A stretch of DNA of 63,324 nucleotides, counting the filler. It is 6 parts of 6 records of this genome, joined end to end, with 100 filler letters (N's around TTAATTAATTAA, not from the genome) between each part and the next. Parts side by side here need not be neighbours in the genome. Positions count along the whole stretch, not along the records: positions 56,553 to 63,324 come from SRR31156797_54372; 5 more parts are not named here. One strand, given 5' to 3'. Below the pieces are notes generated by a model. It had not been told where the DNA came from. It saw only the letters and a list, made by a program, of their open reading frames with translations, and ran no database searches. Positions 57,676-63,324 of this stretch are shown piece by piece (within the stretch, counting starts at the first letter, position 1; each line of letters begins with the position of its first letter). The position numbers and the translations under genes are program-made.

Positions 57676-58323
57676 TCACTCCAGGGAGATGATTCCCTCT
57701 TTGATGGCAAACCGGGTCAGGCCCGCCACCGTATGGATGTTGAGCTTCTTCATGATGTTTCTGCGATGGGTCTCCACGGTCTTGACGCTGACGAACATCT
57801 TCTCCGCAATCTCCCGGGTCTTGCCGCCTTCGGCAATGAGCTGAAGCACCTCACGCTCTTTTTTGGTGAATTTGCTATAGGGAAGTTTCCGATTCCCGTC
57901 AAAGGCCTTGGTATAGTTTTCCACAAAGGTTCTGGCGATGGCGGGGCTGATGTAGAAGTTCCCCTTGTGGACCTGGCAGATGGCGTCGTACAGCTCCTGA
58001 AAGGCACAATTCTTCAACACATACCCGGAAGCGCCGGAGACGAACATCCTGTCCACATATCGCCGGGAGGAATGCATGGAGAGGGCCAGCACCCGGGTTT
58101 CGGGCACCTCTTTCAGTATCCGCTCCGTTGCCTCGGCGCCGTTCATGTCGGGCATGCTCACATCCATCATCACAACATCGGGCCGGAACTTCACGGCAAA
58201 TTCCACCGCTTCCCGGCCGTTTTCGGCAACCCCGGGCACCTGGACCCCCTTTTTTTCCAGGAGTACCTTGAGCCCTTCCCGCATGATCGCATGGTCGTCC
58301 GCTATGATGATTCGTATGGTCAT
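57676..58323 (-). CDS. NarL/LuxR-family response regulator
   Basis: IADDH, MDVSMPDMNG, GYVLK, T.KEREVL..IAEG...EIA......KTVETHR. Confidence 0.95.
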   Translation of the reverse strand: MTIRIIIADDHAIMREGLKVLLEKKGVQVPGVAENGREAVEFAVKFRPDVVMMDVSMPDMNGAEATERILKEVPETRVLALSMHSSRRYVDRMFVSGASGYVLKNCAFQELYDAICQVHKGNFYISPAIARTFVENYTKAFDGNRKLPYSKFTKKEREVLQLIAEGGKTREIAEKMFVSVKTVETHRRNIMKKLNIHTVAGLTRFAIKEGIISLE

Positions 58324-58419
58324 ACCTCCCCTTGGGTTCAGATCATAACAAAGGAAACACGCCCAACAATTTCAGACAGGGGCGATCCTGTCAAGGATAA
58401 CCCCTGTTCATTTTATAAA

Positions 58420-61400
58420 TCAGATCCGATGCAGCGCAAGGGAACGCTGTCCTTTGGCAAGCTCCTGGTTGGCTGCCTCCAGCTGATCCTGTCCCGAAAT
58501 CACGGCCGTGCCCTTTTCCGACGCATCCACCCTGAAATAACGCTCGGCACACCCCTGTATCATCCCCTTGTCAAGCTTGAGCAGGGCTGCCTTGAACTGC
58601 TTTCGCTTATCATCGGAGAGCATGAGGATATCCCGGTAAAAGGCCTTGATGGATGCGGGCCCCGGGGTCTCCGGCTTATCAATTTCGGCACACACCTGGA
58701 GGATCGCCTCCTTGACGTCCTCTTCCGAGTAGTCGCCGTCGATGATAAAATCGCAGGAATCCCTGTAGACATCCAGGGTCCGCCGGATATAGGGATCCCG
58801 GTAGGAACCGAAGGAGAAGATCCCCTCTTCAGGCGAGTACATGGCAAACCCGCCATAGGCCCCGCCCTTCTCCCGGATCTCCCGATGGAGATAGAGGGAG
58901 CGCAGCATCTTGGCGATCACGGCAAGGGCCGGCGCATCGTCATGGCCCATGCGGACGGTCTTGAAAGCCTGGGCCACGAAAGAGACCTGGGTGCTCGTGC
59001 TCCACCCCTCAAAGGGAAGGGTGGTGTCACAGGCAAGGTCGGGGGGCGCCAGCCGGTCCCCGTTGTTTTCGGGAAGGGCCTCGACCATGGCCCGGATGGA
59101 TGCATCCGCAATCGTAAGGGACGCTTTTTCCCCCACAATGGCGGGCCTCAGGTTCTCCTTTTTGAACAGAAGCGCCGCGATGCGGCCCAGATCCCGCTCA
59201 AGCCCTTCCAGGGTCTCCTGCTCGGTCTCCGGGTTCTCCAGCTTGTCCGCCAGCTCCTTGATATACCGGAACTGAAAGATACCGTGCCAGATCTCCCCGA
59301 GATAGCTTGCCTGGGTCAGGTTTCGCGAGGCAAGGGAGATGGCGTACCGGTGGCCGCTTGAAACGATGGAGCCCTCCAGGGCCGCCTTATACTGGAGCAG
59401 AAGGTTCTTCAGCCGGGTGTGGTCCCTGAAGCTGAACTGTGAGACAAGCTCGCTGATGATATCGAAGAGCTTGGCGACATTGCGATCCAGGGCCTTTCCC
59501 TGGAGGGCGACAAAAGGCAGACAGGCCTCCCGGTCGGAAAACCCCGTGCCGGTCACAGGCGAAAGGGACACCCCACCGGTATAGAGGTTCATGCGCTCGG
59601 CCATGTCGGCATAGTTTCTCACGGCCGTTCCCGCCCCCGTAAAGGCGCGGCAGAAGAACGGCACCAGGGGAAACAGCGCTTCGGGCATGGCCCCCAGTCC
59701 CGTGGGGCAGGAGAAATAAAGGATGCCCGATGTGGATTTGTCGTAACAGGTGGCCGTGGTCACCCCATCCACGGTATCGGGGTGGATGATCTCTATCTCG
59801 GGCGGCACATCGTCAAGCGCCAGGGTGGGAAGGGAAGAGAGATCCTCCTTTGCATCCTGGAGGGCCGCCAGGGTGGCCGCATCCGCTTCGATTTGGGAAA
59901 GCCCCTCGGCGGAGATCTTCTTCATTTTGGCCGCGAGCGCTTCCGCGGTCTTTTCGGTCTCCTTTTTCTCCATCTCCTGGTCCGGGGCAAGGGTAAAGAG
60001 CACCCGGTGGGGATTGTCGAGAAAATAGGTCCTGATCCGCGCCTCCAGGAACCCGCCCTTTTCCAGCTCCCGGTTCAGCCGCTCGAGGTCTGCGTCAAAC
60101 TTGAAGCAGACCACAGGATCCCCTTCGTGGATCCAGGGCCCGGCAAAGGAGAGAAGCAGCTTGATGCCAAAGGGATGGGGGGTGTTGGTGATTTCCTTCC
60201 GATGGAACTCGATCTGATGGATAGCCGACGCCACCATGGTTTTGTCCACCCCTTTGGCCACGAGCCCTTCCAGGGTCTCAAAAATCACGGCCTCCACCTT
60301 TGCCACCGATTCTTTGGCGACATCCTTGAGACCGCAGGCAAACATGGTGTCCCTCATGTCCGGGTCAAACCCGGCACCGTCGCACAGGGCAGCGCCCAGG
60401 CCGGAATCGATGAGGGCCTTTCGCAAGGGGGAGGCGGCATTGCCCAGAAGCACCTGCTCGAGCACCCCCAGCACCAGCATCTCAAAGGAATCCTTGACAT
60501 CGGCCGTGAGCCAGGCCACACAGGCCTGGTACTTGTTTGACGGATCCTCGTCACGGGCCAGGGGATAGCGGGCCGTGGCGGTTCGCGGCGCGTCCCACCG
60601 GGGCTGGGGCGGGACAACCGAGTTCGGATCGATCTTTGTGAACCGCTTCAGCACCTTCTCCTCGATAAACAGGAGATGATCTTCCAGGGGCAGTGCCCCA
60701 TAGCTGTAAAAAAAGGAGTTGGAAGGATGATAAAACCGTGCATGGAACGCCTTGAGTCCTTCATGGGTCAAGGCCGGTATATCCGACGGCTCCCCACCTG
60801 AATTATAGCTGTAGGTGGTGTCCGGATAGAGGGCCCCGAGAAGGGAGCGCCCCATGATCTGGCTCGGGGACGACATGGCGCCCTTCATCTCGTTGTAGAC
60901 CACTCCCTTGTAGACCAGCTCGGAGGGCGCCCCTTCCGGTTCCGGGGCGACAACCTCCAGGCGGTGTCCCTCCTGCTTGAAACTCAAGGGATCGAGCCGG
61001 GGAAAAAACGCCGCATCCAGATACACATCCATGAGGTTGTAAAAATCCTTGCGATTCTGGGTGGAAAACGGATACATGGTCCAGTCGGATGCGGTAAAGG
61101 CGTTCATGAACGTGGACAGGCCCCGTTTCAGCATGGAAAAGAACGGATCCCTGACCTCAAACTTTTCAGAACCGCAGAGCACCGTATGCTCCAGAATATG
61201 GGCGACACCGGTGGAGTCTTCGGGAACCGTCCTGAAGGCCACGCCAAAGGTGTTTTCCTTATCGCGATTGCTGATATGAACATGCCTTGCCCCGGTGGCC
61301 CGGTGCTCGAGCTGGTAAAGGATGCTGTCGATCTCTTCCAGGGCCTCCATACGAAGGATGGTGTACCCGCCAATGGCGTCCCCCGGCTTCAGCCCCGGAT

Positions 61401-61428
61401 TGTTGGCGTCGGCCAGGCGTATTTCCAT
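58420..61428 (-). CDS. M16C insulinase-family peptidase (presequence protease PreP/Cym1-like)
   Basis: GVAHILEH (HxxEH), DPFF, FMNAFT..DWT.YP, GVVYNEMKG, IREKGGAYG, SYRDP; start placed at MEIRL. Confidence 0.93.
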   Translation of the reverse strand: MEIRLADANNPGLKPGDAIGGYTILRMEALEEIDSILYQLEHRATGARHVHISNRDKENTFGVAFRTVPEDSTGVAHILEHTVLCGSEKFEVRDPFFSMLKRGLSTFMNAFTASDWTMYPFSTQNRKDFYNLMDVYLDAAFFPRLDPLSFKQEGHRLEVVAPEPEGAPSELVYKGVVYNEMKGAMSSPSQIMGRSLLGALYPDTTYSYNSGGEPSDIPALTHEGLKAFHARFYHPSNSFFYSYGALPLEDHLLFIEEKVLKRFTKIDPNSVVPPQPRWDAPRTATARYPLARDEDPSNKYQACVAWLTADVKDSFEMLVLGVLEQVLLGNAASPLRKALIDSGLGAALCDGAGFDPDMRDTMFACGLKDVAKESVAKVEAVIFETLEGLVAKGVDKTMVASAIHQIEFHRKEITNTPHPFGIKLLLSFAGPWIHEGDPVVCFKFDADLERLNRELEKGGFLEARIRTYFLDNPHRVLFTLAPDQEMEKKETEKTAEALAAKMKKISAEGLSQIEADAATLAALQDAKEDLSSLPTLALDDVPPEIEIIHPDTVDGVTTATCYDKSTSGILYFSCPTGLGAMPEALFPLVPFFCRAFTGAGTAVRNYADMAERMNLYTGGVSLSPVTGTGFSDREACLPFVALQGKALDRNVAKLFDIISELVSQFSFRDHTRLKNLLLQYKAALEGSIVSSGHRYAISLASRNLTQASYLGEIWHGIFQFRYIKELADKLENPETEQETLEGLERDLGRIAALLFKKENLRPAIVGEKASLTIADASIRAMVEALPENNGDRLAPPDLACDTTLPFEGWSTSTQVSFVAQAFKTVRMGHDDAPALAVIAKMLRSLYLHREIREKGGAYGGFAMYSPEEGIFSFGSYRDPYIRRTLDVYRDSCDFIIDGDYSEEDVKEAILQVCAEIDKPETPGPASIKAFYRDILMLSDDKRKQFKAALLKLDKGMIQGCAERYFRVDASEKGTAVISGQDQLEAANQELAKGQRSLALHRI

Positions 61429-61447
61429 GGCCCCCTTGCCGTTGTTA

Positions 61448-61855
61448 TCATGCTTTTTTATAAATCCCACGTTTTACCCTTTTAATTTTTCCTATTTTAT
61501 CGAGGCGGAAAATAATATTTCGCAACTTTTTATCGTTATAGTCGGTTGCCGCCTTGATGGTTTTAAAATCTGCGCCCTTGGCCTGCTCCGCAATCACGTT
61601 GAGCACGACGTCCGATGCAATAACGCTCTTTTTTTCTCCAATTCTGCCCGTCATTTTCACGGCCTCCGTCGGCGCCTGCAGCGCCTCCGGCGGCTGGGGA
61701 AAGGCCTCCGGCTGATTCTGATAGATCAGATTTTCGACCCTGTCAAGCCTTCGGTGGATCTGTGCAATATCCGCCCTGGAGGGAATCTCAAACTTTTCAA
61801 GAAACAAATGGACAAGCCCTTCCCAAGTAACGCCTGGTGTCGTCTTCTGTGTCAT
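61448..61855 (-). CDS. Hypothetical protein with N-terminal coiled-coil and C-terminal winged-helix-like domain
   Basis: IPSRADI..I..RLDRVE; ASDVVL.VI....G....IK..T....KKLRNII.RL...GKIKRV.RGIY; RBS AGGAGG. Confidence 0.72.
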   Translation of the reverse strand: MTQKTTPGVTWEGLVHLFLEKFEIPSRADIAQIHRRLDRVENLIYQNQPEAFPQPPEALQAPTEAVKMTGRIGEKKSVIASDVVLNVIAEQAKGADFKTIKAATDYNDKKLRNIIFRLDKIGKIKRVKRGIYKKA

Positions 61856-62095
61856 GCTACGCCTCCTGTTTTTTTAATCGGTTGACATAAACGGACATAT
61901 ATCGATAACATTGGATTTTTGGATATATGTTCTCAATGAGACATGGGTGTTCATCAAGAATAAAAAATTTCGTATTTGCAATATTTACGGATATGCATTA
62001 AAAATAAAAACCTGTTTTTGTGAGTATTATAACCATACCTACTTGCAGCAAATATGAAAGTCAAGTAGTAATTTTGTTAAAAGCAGAAAAGGGAA

Positions 62096-62620
62096 GTGAA
62101 AAAGACAACTAAGACAGAGTTAAAAGGAAAATTATCCAGGTTAACGGACCGGATAAAGAAGCTCCAGGGCGATCCCCATTACATCGCCCTTGGTATGGCG
62201 ATAGGGGTGTTTGTGGCCATAACGCCCACCATTCCCTTTCATACGGTCCTGGCCGTTGCCATGGCCTACCTGTTCAGGGCGAGCCGGCCTGCGGCCATCA
62301 TCGGCGTGTGGGTAAGCAATCCCTTTACCGTGGTTTTTCTCTACATTGCCTGCTACAAGGTCGGCATAATGCTCTTCGGGCACACCCTGGGAGATGCGAA
62401 CACGGTGATGGAGCTAGTGCACGCAATGGAGAACGACATTCCAATAAAGGAGCAGCTCCATCTTTTTGTTGAGTTCTTTCACACACAATTAAAGCTATTT
62501 TTTGCCATGAACGTCGGAGGGGTCGTCCTCGGCATTCCCGGCGGTATCGTCGCCTATGTCGTGACAAAAAACTTTATGAAGCAACTAAAGACCCAGAAAA
62601 CCAAAAGACAGAAGAAGTAA
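62096..62620 (+). CDS. DUF2062-domain membrane protein
   Basis: DPHYIALGMAIGVF...TP..PFHT, WVSNPFT. Confidence 0.88.
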   Translation: MKKTTKTELKGKLSRLTDRIKKLQGDPHYIALGMAIGVFVAITPTIPFHTVLAVAMAYLFRASRPAAIIGVWVSNPFTVVFLYIACYKVGIMLFGHTLGDANTVMELVHAMENDIPIKEQLHLFVEFFHTQLKLFFAMNVGGVVLGIPGGIVAYVVTKNFMKQLKTQKTKRQKK

Positions 62621-62628
62621 GAGGACCT

Positions 62629-63324
62629 ATGACCTACCCCGGAACATTGTTAAAAAGACAGCAGCTCATGGCAAAGAAAGAACTGGGACAGAACTTTCTG
62701 TCCGATCCCAAGGCTGCGGAAAAGATCGTAAACAAGGCTGGCATCTCCGACACGGACCTGGTGCTGGAGATCGGTCCCGGCCTGGGCGCCCTCACCGTCC
62801 ATGCCGCCCGACAGGCAAAGCGGGTGGTGGCCGTTGAAAAAGACACGCGCCTTGCCGGGCTGTTGACCGGCGAACTTTCCCTGGCCGGCATCGACAATGT
62901 GGAGCTGATCAACAACGACATCCTCCGGCAGGACCTTGAAACCATTGCCGGTGGCGAGAAACTGGTGGTGATCGGCAACCTGCCCTACAACATCTCCTCC
63001 CAGGTGCTTTTCAAGCTGGTGGAGGCGCGCCACCTTGTCAAGCGGGCCGTTCTCATGTTCCAGAAAGAGCTGGCCGAGCGGATATCGGCCCCCCCGGGGG
63101 GCAGGGACTACGGACGGCTGTCTGCGGTGATCCAGTATTGTTCAACGGTGAGAACCGTTTCGGACGTGCCGGCCCACCTCTTTTTTCCCCGGCCGGCCGT
63201 GGACTCCAGGGTGATCGAGGTCACCTTTTTAGAAGAAACCCGGTTTTCGGGCGAAAAAGAGCGGTATCTCTTCAAGGTAATCAAGGCCGCCTTTTCAAAA
63301 CGAAGAAAGACCCTGAGGAATTCA
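62629..63324 (+). CDS. rsmA: 16S rRNA adenine dimethyltransferase RsmA/KsgA, runs off window end (absent from ORF track)
   Basis: KKELGQNFL, VLEIGPGLGALT, AVEKD, GNLPYNISS, MFQKE.AERI, YGRLS, F.P.PAVDS, AAF.KRRKTLRN; RBS GAGGA. Confidence 0.95.
   Translation, partial: MTYPGTLLKRQQLMAKKELGQNFLSDPKAAEKIVNKAGISDTDLVLEIGPGLGALTVHAARQAKRVVAVEKDTRLAGLLTGELSLAGIDNVELINNDILRQDLETIAGGEKLVVIGNLPYNISSQVLFKLVEARHLVKRAVLMFQKELAERISAPPGGRDYGRLSAVIQYCSTVRTVSDVPAHLFFPRPAVDSRVIEVTFLEETRFSGEKERYLFKVIKAAFSKRRKTLRNS

Noticed and set aside
57733-61885. Plus-strand ORFs such as 57733..59361 (542 aa)
   Set aside because: Antisense to the NarL regulator and M16C peptidase; no recognisable domains.

Overview
The window is not one locus. 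It is six unrelated contigs joined by artificial 100-nt linkers (N44-TTAATTAATTAA-N44), and taxon labels below are inferences from gene content and composition. (1) 1-17625, GC-rich anaerobe, possibly a spirochaete: Dpp/Opp-type ABC transporter + M29-like peptidase + DUF917 + DsrE-like genes, orphan Phd antitoxin with a dead ParE/RelE toxin, DAACS symporter, adenine riboswitch with an overlapping terminator in front of add, an AT-rich AAA-DUF4143 gene behind three phased palindromes, xdhABC, an Rpn nuclease, a stand-alone E2-like acyltransferase. (2) 17726-25604, Bacteroidota: sufBCDSET, queG, lipase, GSCFA protein. (3) 25705-31154, AT-rich: pepT, ABC-2 exporter, methyltransferase, flavodoxin-fold reductase. 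(4) 31255-49097, Desulfobulbales-like: MATE, two pseudogenes, porin, DUF2325 pair, feoAB with DtxR/MntR-like boxes, DASS carrier, Lol-like ABC module, ferredoxin, LysE. (5) 49198-56452, alphaproteobacterial-like: nine uncharacterised co-oriented genes. (6) 56553-63324, Desulfobacterales-like: hybrid kinase, NarL regulator, M16C peptidase, DUF2062, rsmA. The best candidate for an undescribed system is contig 5. It holds a membrane-anchored, AAA-less Lon-type protease (Ser/Lys dyad intact, Pro-Glu stalk, periplasmic domain) coupled to an anti-sigma-like protein with an RRVAAAS linker, followed by an envelope operon with an ExbB/TolQ-like channel, TonB-like stalk proteins and lipoproteins. All calls come from motif recognition by eye; no searches were run.
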